Shown: positions 49,601 to 60,969 of the stretch, in pieces | Layout of the letters: each line of letters begins with the position of its first letter | Position numbering within the stretch: position 1 is the first letter of the stretch | Assembly (NCBI GenBank): GCA_949358305.1 | Contig: OX442314.1 | Location: 30,504,001-30,568,000, forward strand | Length of the DNA: 64,000 nucleotides | Origin: Strigamia acuminata | Lineage: Eukaryota | Direction: 5' to 3' | Notes under the pieces: model-generated | Database searches by the model: none | What the model saw: the letters and a program-made list of their open reading frames with translations, nothing else | What the model was told of the DNA's origin: nothing | Program-made: the position numbers and the translations under genes

Positions 49601-52600
49601 GCGACATGATACAAATGTTTTACACCGGTGTTACTGTTTTCTGACTACGTGCAAACTGTAGGGATGATTTCTAAAGCGTTTAGTAAACGTTGAATTGATG
49701 TTGTAATGTTGTTGCAGCATGGTTTTGAGAATAGACCATTGGAAAATTATGACATACAGTATTTTACCGATTAAGAGTTGCAATCGAATAGTAGAGAGTT
49801 TGCGGGATGCATTTTCCCCCTAAAGTTAAATACTATACGGTATAAAAATAGTGTAAGGGAAAAATGATAAATTAAGTTTTTGCGGGCTGCACTTTTCCCT
49901 TATCATTACACTATTTCAGCCAACTCTTGACAGTTAGTAATTTTGGGTCTAAAAATTTAATTTGGGGACGTAAGTGTGCAAATTTCTGCATAAAATTCCA
50001 CTATTATGCCTATAAAGTATGGTTTTGGGCCTAAAATTCAATTTTGGGCCTCACTTAAAATTCAATCTACGTACCTGTGATTGATGTGTTTGATCGAGAC
50101 AACAAAATAATCGCCATTTGCAATGGGCGGAGCTAACAATATAGTGTTCTCAATATAGCTGCGCTATATTTTAATTTAGCGTTGAAAACGATACACTAAA
50201 GATTTTTCCCTAACGATACGGCACTAAAATAGTGTAACGTAGAGAAAAATAAGGGAAAAATGCATCCTGCAAACTCTATTAGCCGCGGCTGAGACACCAC
50301 GAATACCGTATTTTTGCAAAAGTACGGTATTGTTTACGTATTTAACCTCACGATCGATGAACGTAGGCTTCGTTCGTGATGTTCAGACTTCGTTTGTTAC
50401 ATTAAACTACGAGTTAACAATGTTATAATGTTATTTTGCAATGGTTTTTCTCATAGAGTGGGCGCATTACGTGATCGTATCACCTGACCTTATTTTTCCA
50501 AAGGTCTATTGGTGATGTCATTGTTTGTTAGACCCAATCAGATCGTCACGCCACACTGTGACAGAGATTAACCCAATCATCTTTTAGTTTTCTATTTTTC
50601 TGGTAGTGTACAGATTGTATGTTTATAATCGGCTCCTTTTTCTCAATTACTTGCATCCTTCTTGATATAGATAGTCTGGCGAGGGATTGAATTGCTGCAT
50701 GTCTCAATTGTTGATTAGGCATATTGGTTCACACTATTGATTTTTCTACTGACAAATTCTTGGGACAGAGTCGAGTCGATTATAAATTTCCTATTCTTCA
50801 ACGCTGAATAATCTAGAATTATAAACTATTGATGCGTGGCAGTTCCTGTGCCGTATGTTTTTTTGTAGATTTTTCTGTCCTTAGCCAAGCAATTACTGAA
50901 GAAAAATGTCAACATCTTTTACTGACAACATCGGAGAAGTTTATTTGGTTTTGAGGTTTTTGAAAACAGTCTAAACTGTTTTAAGATCCTTGGCAATGTT
51001 CAAAATGCCGCTTGATATGTTTTGTTTCCAAGATATTAAGTTTGACGACAGTAATGTAACAATGTTACAAGCTTTAAATATTTCTCATTGATCCAAAACT
51101 ACAATAAGTAGAGAAATGGTGAATGCAGGATGAATCTTGGATGAGGTTTGAAACGTCATGCGTCTTCTTGGAAGAGTAATAACCACTCGTCTGCAATATC
51201 GAAGAATTAATTAGTTTTTCACTTTTCATTCAATTGTACAGTGTGAGACACCAAGAATACCGTGTTTTTGCAAAAGTACGGTATTGTTTCCGTATTTAAC
51301 CTCACGAACGATCATCGTACGCTTCGTTCATGACGTTCAGACTTCGTTGGTTACATTAAACAAATGTAACGAACGAAAAACCGAAATTGTAATTGCTGAC
51401 AAAAATGGCAGTTTTGAATAAGAGCCACGGCTGTTATTTGACGGTATTTATGGGTTTGACAGCAAAAGGGTTAAGGACTCTTTCTGTAGTGGAAAGAGTC
51501 ATTTAATCGAGGATTGCGTCAGGGCCGACTTCTATCCTGGATTAAGACTTTGGGGCCCTCGGAACCATCATTAAGATGCTTATATTTGTGGAGGTTGAAA
51601 TTATTGAGCAGCAAGTGTGATAAGTTCCAGGAGATTTTTTTGTAATACTTAGCACCATTGGAGCCATCAGTGCAGTAACATTAGTTTTGGATTTGCCTAC
51701 TGCTTGAACTAAGATAGAATATTTTTTATTTAGCATGGAGTTTTTTTTTAAAAAATTTTGTGGTGGATCAATAATTTTGTGCAATTTAAAGATGATAAGA
51801 GAATAAATAAAGCTGAACTTGTTTAGAGAGATTTTCCCTTCATTATTTAGGCTGCACTGAAAGATCAAATGCTAATCATAGCGTGCATGGAGGTTTGAGC
51901 GAAGTTGTTCCACTTTACTGCGGTAGCCGTTTTAGTAAATGTTTATGAATTTATTCCGCCTTTGGAATCCAGAAGAGACGGCTGAATGACAACTTTCCTG
52001 CATTTGACGGTGCTTAAGATGTGGAAGTGTCTATTTATGGGAGAAATTTCCTCGCTCAAAACTTCTGCTTACAGGAGGATATTTCCTGATGTAAGGTGGC
52101 CTGGCCTCAAGGCCAAAAATTTAAGTATAGTGGGGCCCTGAGCTACAACAAATATGGAGCCCTTGTAACCTTTTTTGCAACTATCCGTTGACGTCGGTAC
52201 ATGTATGCGCGAAGAAAGTATCAGAATATGCAGCAGTGGGTTTAGGTGCTGTCCCAAAGAGACGAAAAGGATGTCTAAATTTGCTATACTCAAAAGGGTG
52301 GCCTTCTCTCATTGGCCGAGCCGCATTACTCCTAACTTCAGTCTGTATTACTACAACTAGGAGAAGTAGTTTTTATTTTTGTTTTGTGATTGCTATTACC
52401 ATTTAAGTTGATATAATTTTGATTGTATTTTATTATAAAATGTTATTTCCATTTAGGAAATAGTTTTATGCACAAATAAATGTAAAACTCATGTTTGTTC
52501 TGTTGATTGGTTGCTTTGTCTGGTAAGCACAATATTTTAAAATTTTGGCTGTTACCTAGGCAATCGATTACAATGTTTGTACATTGTAATGCATTTCTGG

Positions 52601-55600
52601 TGTTTGGGTCTATATTTTTGGATCACTAAGCCAGTGACACGGCTCAGCCAATGGGAGAAGGCCACCCTTTTGAGTCGAACAAGAGTATACTCCTATAATC
52701 GCAAAGTTGCACGCTCTAGCATCTTTAGCCGATTTGTAAATCCTTGTTCGCTAGCCTAACTTTTGAATACAACAGGAGTCCTGCCTGTTAATATTCGAAT
52801 TTTTTGACCATGTTTAGAAATTCTAGGTTTTTTGACAAACTCGAACATAACACCATCCTGTTATTTTTGGGTGAAGATGGTAGTTGTACTAACTGCACAG
52901 TTAGTTAATTGTCTGTTGGCACACGCTAGCCTGGATATGTGGATATTTAAATTTTTTGTTTTAAAAGCATTAGCCTAATCATTTTGTAGACAATATCATC
53001 CCAACTTAATGTCGGTTAGTTTAGGTTAGGGTTTCATTTGGTGCGAACAAGATATAAAGATCGTGGTGCCTTCGGAACATGCTTTCGGTTTTTTCTGGAA
53101 GGTTTCTGTTGTGTATTTTAAAGTATTGCCACTAGATGGCCTTTGTGTTTGGTCACATGCCCTCCATCCAATATTGGAGATTGTAACAAAATAAAGAATA
53201 CACACACACCACTAGTCATCAGAGTAAATACAATGAACAAAACAGTTTCTATTGCAGTAGTGTAAAATAGGGTTACCAGTCCACGAAGATAAGTTGTTGC
53301 CTGTAGGTTGATAGTGTACAGGAGAATAGGAACTGTTTGTCCAGTTTATCTTCGCATTAGAACACTGTACAATTATTTGAGGTACACTGTTCTATAGCAG
53401 GACGACCTGCCACCCACTTGCAATTGGGTCAGATGTGGATTTTCAGTCTCAGTGCTGATGCAAGGTTGGGTCCTCGAGAAAATCTTTCTCCAGAACATTG
53501 GACGACTTAACACTCTAGGTGGGATTCCTTTCTCGGGATCTGGACTACGATAAGTTGTATGTAATGTACGATTATGGTTATTGAACCAGTGCTGGACTGG
53601 CCCGTGGCCGCTGTGGCCTGTCCCGACTTCATTAATTGTGGCCTGGACACCCAGATTTCCCGGCAATAAATTTGTTCCCAGTCCAGCACTGTATTGAACG
53701 TAGAGCCATTAAAGGTTAAACGTAGAAGCTTGGACGTTGCTGGCTTACCTGGGTTGTCTTGGTTCCGGGGCTTGTTTGTACGTTCAGGTTGGGGTCCTTG
53801 ACAGTGGTACACTGGCTCGATGGTATGGGCATGCACAGGGGTGAATGGACACTAGAAAAGGTTTAGTTAGGGTTAGGTGCCTGTGGAGTAATCGATATTT
53901 TGTTACTGTAGTCGATTTTTTGTTATTGACTAGTTCATTCTGTGTTGTTGAAAAATAGGAGTTTGTAGACGTCGATACTGATAGAATCGATATTCTGATT
54001 GTTGTAGTCGATACTAAGAATCGATTTTTCTATTGTTGTAGTCGATGCTAAAAATTGATCTTCTGATTGTTGTAGTCGATACTAAAAATCGATTTTTTGA
54101 TTGTTGTAGTCGATGCTAAAAATTGATTTTCTGATTGTTGTAGTCGATGCTAAAAATCGATATTTCTCGTTATTGAATCGATAGAGTTGATCGATATTGT
54201 TCTGCGTTTTCGATACCTTTTTACAACATTTTGGGTTATGCTGCAATCGATATTTCTGTAAGTGAAATCGGATGTTTTCTATCGATTTTATTTAGATCTG
54301 TTCTCGATTTTGCAAAATAAATTTAAACTAATTCTGAATAAATAGATAAAAAAAGCTAAAAGTCAGGTCCCACGGATCACGGGTTAAACCAGAAAGAGCA
54401 AGTATTAAAGATGCGAATTTAATCCTGCTTGACTCTTGTTTAGTCGTTACGCAATATAATTGACAAAAATAAACAAATGAGATTTTCTATTAAAGAAGAG
54501 AAAAAATTGCATCATGCACGTTTTAACGACCATTACACGTGCCAGTAAATTCTGCTCGTCGTCATAGCAACCAACTTACCGAAAACCAGAAAAATTCCCT
54601 CGACTGATTACGTAAACGCGAGTTTGTCAGCCATCTTGAATTGATTTTTTCAGCATCTGGATTACGTCACTTTATTTTTTTTTTTACCTACAGACTGGTA
54701 TCTTAACAAATGGGTATCAGTCTGGTTTTAGACATTTAGTTTCGTCATTTTGTACGATTTAGACATTTATTTTAGTCGTTTTGGTCAATTTAGACATTTA
54801 TTTTAGTCGTTTTGGTCAATTTAGACGTTTATTTTAGTCGTTTTGGTCAATTTAGACATTTATTTTAGTCGTTTTGGTCAATTTAGACATTTATTTTAGT
54901 CGTTTTGGTCAATTTAGACATTTATTTTAGTCGTTTTGGTCAATTTAGACATTTATTTTAGTCGTTTTGGTCAATTTAGACATTTATTTTAGTCGTTTTG
55001 GTCAATTTAGACATTTATTTTAGTCGTTTTGGTCAATTTAGACATTTATTTTAGTCGTTTTAATCAATTTAGACATTTATTTTCATCGTTTTGTTCGATT
55101 TAAAAATTGGATTTTTGTCGTTTTGGTCAATTTAGACCCGTGTTGTAATGGATACCACATTGAAAGGCCATCCCGCGTTCTATTAGAACATTTATGTTAT
55201 ATTTTTTTTTGTCCCGCACTGCACGTAAGGATTGTTATCTGGGTTGCTAGGATACCTGTTGATCCTAACACCAGAAATAGTATTAGCTCACGAAATATGT
55301 CAGGGTTTGCACGGAAATTTTATGAGTGAGTACCGTGCAAGATTGAGCGGCAGGAATTTTGTTTACGAAATAAAAATGTTAAAAAAGTGAATATATATAT
55401 ATTTTTTTTTCAAAAAAAATTGTTAGAAAATGTTGGATTTTGTTTCCTATTATCAATTTTGCTCAAATATAATACTCGCATCGAGTGGGAAGTGGAAAAT
55501 GGAGAGATTTGATGCGCCGTGTTCGTTACCGAGCAAGTTCCCACTTGTTGATCTTTCCGCCATGAATTTCAACGTTAAGGAGTCGATCGCTTCTTAGAAA

Positions 55601-57812
55601 ATTTTTGTTACAATATACTAGAGTAAGATGAAAATAAATATACATATCTTATTTATTTTATGCTTGAATTTGATCGATGAATATTGATCGATTTTTTAAC
55701 CGAAAATGTTTATTCCAAAACAAATGTAAATCTAAACAACGATTTTCCCCGTTTTAAAATCTCATTTCCGCTAGTGCTGCCATCGCGCGGCGGCAAAACT
55801 AATTAAAAACTCAAATCGCACCTTTCGGCTTCGAAAAATAGGCCAAAATCGATTTAAAAATCGGAAATAAAATCGAAATTTCGAAAAATTTATTACAAAT
55901 TTCATTAAAATCAAATAAAGTACATTTTAATAATTTTTTTTTAAAAAAAATATTATTTTGGTGTAATGGAAATAATAAAAAATTGATAATTTTTGAAACA
56001 AGAAATACAAATACATAATTGTATGGTGTATTCAATTTTTTTATTATCCTGATTTAAGTTAAGGTGGGGCAGCAGCTGCCGAGTCAGTTGTGTGTACACG
56101 AGGTCAAAAATAAAAATCAATATAGAGGCAGTTGAGGACTGTGCAATTCATTGGTTGCACTCCCGCCGTTGTGTGCTTGCCAGGCTGTTGCATCGGCCGA
56201 TGCTCTTCCCTTCACACCTGGAATGATCACTCGAGATTTTTTATTTTCTTACTGGATTTCGGTGGAAAATCGCACGAAAAACTCGATTAAACCGCAGATA
56301 ATCGATAATTAGATATAAAAATCGTCACTAGGGGTTGTGTGACACCTTGGAGGGGGGTGGGGAATAAGTAACACGTGTTTATAGGGGGTCTGTGAAGAAA
56401 AGTGTTGAGACATCCTGTTGCGCATCGTCTTTGTTGTGACTTGTGTCAGACATTTTTTATTTTTGGTTTGGATTGGGAAAATTGGGTTTTGGTGGCGTTT
56501 TTTTTCTGGTTTTGGTGGGGATTGGGGTGGGGGTGGGGAATGAAATAATTATGGAAGTGGAATGTTCACTAGTAGGGATAGGGGGGAGTAGGTTGTGGCA
56601 ATAAAGACAGTTTGAGTGTGGTTTGGTCCATTTTGACCTGCTGCTTAAGGGGAAGAGAGGCAGTGTGTGAACCCTTGTTTTATTCTAGATCCGGGCTTGA
56701 AATATTTGGATTTTTTCTTTTTTTTCTTTTTTTTTGGGTGTTTTTTTTTTTTTATTTTTATTTTTATTTTTTTTAAAGGAGGAGGAAAAAATTTCTTTTT
56801 AAGGTGGGGTGATGAGTTGGTTTTGTTTATTTCGGAATTTTTTTGTTTTTGTTTGGTGGTTTTAAATTGGGATTTTATGAAATTGATGTTTTGTTGGGAT
56901 TGAGTAATTTTAGTCGATTTTAGAGCGGAATAGTAAGAAATGATTCATGTTTCGATGAATTTCGAATTGGCTGTCGATTTTTTTTGGAAACGATGTTTTA
57001 GTCAGAAAATTGATGGTGTCGATTTTTTGTGTGATAAAAAAATTAACAAAATCGACTAATTTAATTGAAAATTATCAAAAACAACTGATTCAATTGAAAA
57101 AGTAAAAAAATCGATTAATTTTAATGAAAAATTAACAAAATCGATTAATTTAGTTGAAAAATTAACAAAAATCGACTAATTTAATTTAAAAATTAACAAA
57201 ATCGACTAATTTAATGGAAAATTATCAAAAACAACTGATTCAATTGAAAAAGTAAAAAAATCGATTAATTTTAATGAAAAATTAACAAAATCGATAAATT
57301 TAGTTGAAAAATTAACAAAAATCGACTAATTTAATTTAAAAATTAACAAAATCGATTAATTTAATTGAAAAATTAACAAAATCGATTTATTTAATTGTAC
57401 AATTAACAAAATCGACTAATTTAATTGAAAAAAATTTTTGTATCGACTAATTAAATCGAGAAATTATTGATGTCGACTCATTTTTTCGATTTTTGATGCT
57501 CGAACAATCGGAAATTGGAAAGGAATAGACTTCTCCCATCTTTGAAATTTATCCAGCTCTTGTGATTCCTATTTTGCCAATGCGTCACCACGTGTGACAA
57601 AACACAAAGTCCCCTAAAAATTAACCTTTATAAAACTCACTCTTAAATCTTAAAATTAGAAATCTATTGATCCAAGCATTAAAAAAAATACATAAATTAT
57701 TTATTTTCAGAATGCAGCAGCTCCAAGTCCACTAGGACAAATGCCCCCCACGGACGGTATGCCTGGGGGGCCAATGCCACCTGGCTTCTTCCCTGTAAGC
57801 CCCAAAAAATAT

Positions 57813-57843
<31 letters not shown>

Positions 57844-57965
57844 TAAATTTTGTCTTTATTTTCTAGAATTCTCAAATGAGGCCGTCACCGCCACAACATC
57901 CAGTTTCTCAGCCGTCCCCTCATCCACAGCCTCCTCCCCCACACAATCAGATGATGCAGAATCAG
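28630..57965 (+). CDS. Ssdp: Ssdp/SSBP2-3-4 (LisH/LUFS-domain LDB1/Chip partner), partial; join(28630-28685,29157-29229,29556-29617,29985-30069,38777-38818,57711-57794,57867-57965), continues beyond right edge
   Basis: [92 protein letters not shown], then [36 protein letters not shown] and a Pro/Gln-rich exon; canonical splice sites; 501 nt in frame. Confidence 0.96.
32525..33200. repeat. ~185-bp tandem repeat, about 3.6 copies
   Basis: TTGGTCGATTTTGCATC recurs at about 32591, 32777, 32961 and 33148. Confidence 0.85.
33977..34282. mobile_element. foldback/palindromic element
   Basis: Two imperfect inverted arms of more than 100 bp around a short spacer (TTTAAATGCACCTCTCTC... and CTTGGTGAATAGGCTGCTGA...). 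Confidence 0.75.
34382..34511. mobile_element. small Harbinger-like MITE
   Basis: Imperfect 23-bp TIR AGCCTGGCTCACGCTTGCGTATA. Confidence 0.65.
35925..36440. repeat. ~30-bp tandem repeat
   Basis: AAAAGCTGATTTTGGGTCATTTTT variants. Confidence 0.85.
37235..37530. repeat. 20-21-bp tandem repeat
   Basis: AAACAATGAATTTTAGGTTG. Confidence 0.9.
38777..38818 (+). CDS. Ssdp: Ssdp 42-nt mini-exon ([14 protein letters not shown])
   Basis: TTTGCAG acceptor, GTAAGT donor, phase 0/0, isolated between 8.7-kb and 18.9-kb introns. Confidence 0.85.
38836..39017. mobile_element. short TIR element carrying a (TTAGG)n tract at 38934-38980
   Basis: CAAATTCTGCTGT / ACAGCGGAATTTG ends (12 of 13 match); about 9 degenerate TTAGG units. 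Confidence 0.5.
41012..41429. mobile_element. MITE
   Basis: TAGGTGCAATCGAAAAGTCAT / ATGACTTTTCGAATGCACTTA inverted ends; TTTACAC subterminal repeats. Confidence 0.6.
43706..43879. mobile_element. hAT-like MITE with ACGGGTA subterminal repeats
   Basis: GAGATCTGCATTGG / CCAATGCAGATCTC inverted ends. Confidence 0.6.
45962..46334. mobile_element. TIR element; related fragments at about 39684-39875, 58404-58482 and 60683-61065
   Basis: 18-bp TIR AGTAGCTGCATTCAAAAA; the end sequence recurs at three other loci. Confidence 0.75.
47887..47900. promoter_or_regulatory. perfect RFX X-box palindrome in Ssdp intron 5
   Basis: GTTGCCATGGCAAC, inside a GC/GA-rich island (about 47700-48120). Confidence 0.6.
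48567..48880. repeat. 39-bp tandem repeat
   Basis: AAGTGCACCAAAATTGTTGCTTTGAAACAATATCAATAG. Confidence 0.85.
49730..50510. mobile_element. nested MITE stack: AATAGACC-ended element (intact copy 14683-14844) interrupted by a Tigger-like end (cf. 12906) and by a TIR element at 49795-50278
   Basis: Outer halves match the reverse complement of 14683-14844; inner TIR AGAGTTTGCGGGATGCATTTT / AAAATGCATCCTGCAAACTCT. Confidence 0.7.
52285..52689. mobile_element. TATACTC-ended TIR element; partial copies at about 23891, 44090-44210 and 45120-45250
   Basis: CTCAAAAGGGTGGCCTTCTC(T/C)CATTGGC inverted at both ends; recurs in the window. Confidence 0.7.
53587..53691. mobile_element. 105-bp hAT MITE
   Basis: 14-bp perfect TIR CAGTGCTGGACTGG flanked by an exact 8-bp target duplication TATTGAAC. 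Confidence 0.9.
53985..54170. repeat. 34-bp tandem repeat
   Basis: TTGTTGTAGTCGATGCTAAAAAT(C/T)GAT. Confidence 0.8.
54728..55137. repeat. highly homogeneous 31-bp tandem repeat
   Basis: TAGACATTTATTTTAGTCGTTTTGGTCAATT, about 11 copies. Confidence 0.95.
57035..57460. repeat. 30-bp tandem repeat with a 150-bp higher-order unit
   Basis: AAAATTAACAAAATCGATTAATTTAATTG; the variant block ATTATCAAAAACAACTGATT recurs at 57071 and 57221. Confidence 0.85.
57711..57965 (+). CDS. Ssdp: Ssdp exons 6-7 (57711-57794, 57867-57965), Pro/Gly/Met-rich region
   Basis: [20 protein letters not shown] motif; canonical splice sites. Confidence 0.9.
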
Positions 57966-58196
57966 GTAAGGTGGAGAAGCTGAAAGAAAAGAGAAAAAAA
58001 AAGTCTGGATTGAGGCTATGTGTGGAGTGCAATAAGTTGCCAACAGGTGGGGCGATGGTGTGGGACAAGCTTGTAATAAAAGATTCATGTCCTGGTGGCA
58101 ATTAGTGGAAATTAAAGTGAGAGCACAGTGGTGACACTGTTTTCTAGGGAATTGTTAATGAGCATGTGCTGGTTTGGGCTTTTCTGGTTTGGTTGG

Positions 58197-58260
58197 TGCT
58201 GCCATCTAGTGGCCGATTGGATAAGCTGGAGTTGAGGAGTAGTTCACTAGATGGCGGCAG
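58197..58260. promoter_or_regulatory. pair of oppositely oriented CTCF-like motifs
   Basis: TGCTGCCATCTAGTGGCC and TCACTAGATGGCGGCAG both match the CCACTAGATGGC core. Confidence 0.55.
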
Positions 58261-60787
58261 CTGCCAAGGAAAGACGTTGCAATAGGGCAGCACTTGTTTA
58301 AGTTACCCTAAATGGAAGACGTTTACTGCGCGCGTGAACTTAACATCGGGACTGAAGATCGAGGAAGCTTGGGAGGAACCGAATGGCCTCTGGAAAGACT
58401 AGCGTTTAAACAGGAAATGATGTCATTTTTGTTTTAAAATTGAAGTAAAACACAAAATATTTTAGTTTTTGAATGCAGCTACTATTTCGGATAAAACTAC
58501 GTGTCGAGTGTTCTTTGGCAATATCCTAAATACGGCAACGAGGATAACTCCCCGTCATTTTATTTTGTTCGGAGTTTACGGGGCCTCGGATAAGCACTGA
58601 CCAACCCACGATCGAGCGATGCAGCAGCACAGGGCGTCAAGACTTATGGGATGCATTAATTCCTCCGTAGATAAAAGTTGAATAGATTTCAGTTAGTAAA
58701 GTTTATAAAACCTCATTTTTGTGACGTCATAGCATCTCAATCTTTCACTGTGATAAACTTCCCTATGCCGTGCTGCCGGCAGATTTCTATTATCGTATGA
58801 AACGTGACGCCAGTATGCGAAGCAACACTACACCTGGGTTTGCCTTTGGAATGGAAATTTGAATCGACAAGCATCCATAATGGGCCTTTGCAGAAAATTG
58901 AATCCGGATCTATCGAAATGGCATTTCTACTGTGGGATAATCTAGCAGGGTTTGAAAAACAGTGTTTAGCAAATCGGGTCTTACCAGCGCTGTAGAAAAC
59001 TAGTTTGTTTAGACGCGGCAACTTAAGACGAACGGACGATCGATCGTCTTCGAACCTCTAACTTTCGTTCTTGATTAATGAAAACGCTCCGTCGGAGAAA
59101 TTTAACGTCAATTAGGGACCAGGGCCGTGTCAAGCGGAACAAAATACACGTAAGCCGTTGGAGGATTCAATCGCAATGGCGTCAGAGCGTCCGAATGACA
59201 CTTAAAGCGTCGTGCGGGGGTTAATTAGGTGGATATGTGTGTTGGGTCGTTGGCATTCATGATTAATTAGTGTTGTTTTTTGTGGTCGTTTTGGGATTGG
59301 TGGTGGGGTTTTAAGTAAATAGATGGATAGACTTACCTGGTGTTGTGTGTGGTTGAATTGCGGGCGGTTAATCCGGTATGTGTGGGGGAAAGCGATACGG
59401 CGACCGGCGCGAGCCAGATCTCGACAGCGACTGAGTGAAGGCCGTGGCGAGGTTAGCGGAGGCGCATGCACGTAGCGGTAAATTGTGGAATTGTTGGGCC
59501 TAATTTAGCTGATTGTCATTCTGGAGTTTGCTCGGCCGGTTTCGTGGAAACTCAAACTGATCCTGACAACGTGTTTTTTTTATTTTTATTGTTTTTTATT
59601 TTATTTTTATTTTTTAAATCGATGGTTGGGTTGTGGAATTCTCATCGGTTTTTTCGCCGCTGGTTTTGAAATGAAGGAAATTAAAAATCTATTTTTTTTT
59701 TTTTTTAATGGGAAAAAAAAGGAATGTTGGGAATTTTTAATCAAGTTGTGGGTTTTTGTATCAAAGTTTTTTGGTCACGGCTCAAGTGACTCGAAATTTG
59801 GTCGCTGGATCAGATTTTGCGCAAAATGTGTGTCGGAAAACAAAATTCCATTTGTACGAAGTAGATTTTATTAGATGTATTGCTAGTCACGTACGACGTC
59901 ATGTTTACGAGAAAACTAAAGGCTGTTTTACATTGCCTGGTAATTTTTTTAGAGCAAATTTGTGTGGATTCATCGAGAAAAATCCAAGATGGATGCCAAA
60001 AGTGCGTAAAGCCGAGCAAATTTGAGGCTTAGCTGCTTAAATCGTGTATGGAAAAGAAATGCCTGAATGTGGAAATTTTTGAAGGACAGATCATTTTATT
60101 ATTCCTTTTTATATGTGTACAATATAAACATGAAATTTTTATTGATAGTCATAAACCGTTGCTGGGTGCAAATAGCAATAAAAGGAATGATTTAAAAAAA
60201 AAGTGTCTAAGGTTTCTTCGGCTGGAGTGGTTGTTTTTTTTATGAAATGAGAATTGGATTCAAGTCATGTAATCTAGTCACGAAATGTGGGCACATCAAT
60301 TAATTGATAATAATAGGCTGCTTGAATGGTGTGAGGTGAATTAAGATGATATAACTACTCTGGCAATGCAATTATTGTTTTGTATCTATATTTTTTTAAG
60401 TCAACGTGGCAAGAATGAAGAAATGAAATTTGAACTTTGTAAGATGTGTCGGATAAGAAATGGGATTTTTGGGCGACTGGGTCTGGGTGTAATTTGCTGG
60501 CTGGTTAATTGTAGATTTAGTGGAGATTGTAATGGTGGGATTTAATCGGCTAGCGAAAAGATGTCGGTTTTTCTTGACGCTGTGTCGAGGAGTACATCCA
60601 ATTCTGTTTTTACGCGGTCTTTTTTAACACGATTTTGATTTAACTGTAGTCTAGAAAAATAAATTTGATAAAAGTCGTTTTAAGTAGCTGCATTCAAAAA
60701 TTAAAATATTTTGTGTTTTACTTCAATTTTGAAACAAAAATGATGTCCCAATGAAGTAACCTGTGATGATGTCATAAATAAGTAATA

Positions 60788-60969
60788 CAGTCAAAACTCT
60801 TTATAAGAATCGCGATGTAACGAATTATTGATATAACGAATACTTAAAAATGTCGGTTTGGTTGGCTGGCCATAGAACACCATGTTAAAATATTTCGATA
60901 CTACGAAATCTCATTACATCGAATCAATTTTTCGAGTCCCTTGCGATTCGTTATAAAGAATTTCGACTG
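60788..60969. mobile_element. pogo/Tigger MITE (same family) nested in another element
   Basis: TA-CAGTCAAAACTC...GAATTTCGACTG-TA. Confidence 0.85.

Noticed and set aside
54728..55137. Regular 31-bp repeats resembling a CRISPR array
   Set aside because: Units are head-to-tail with no unique spacers, no cas genes are present, and the context is a eukaryotic intron
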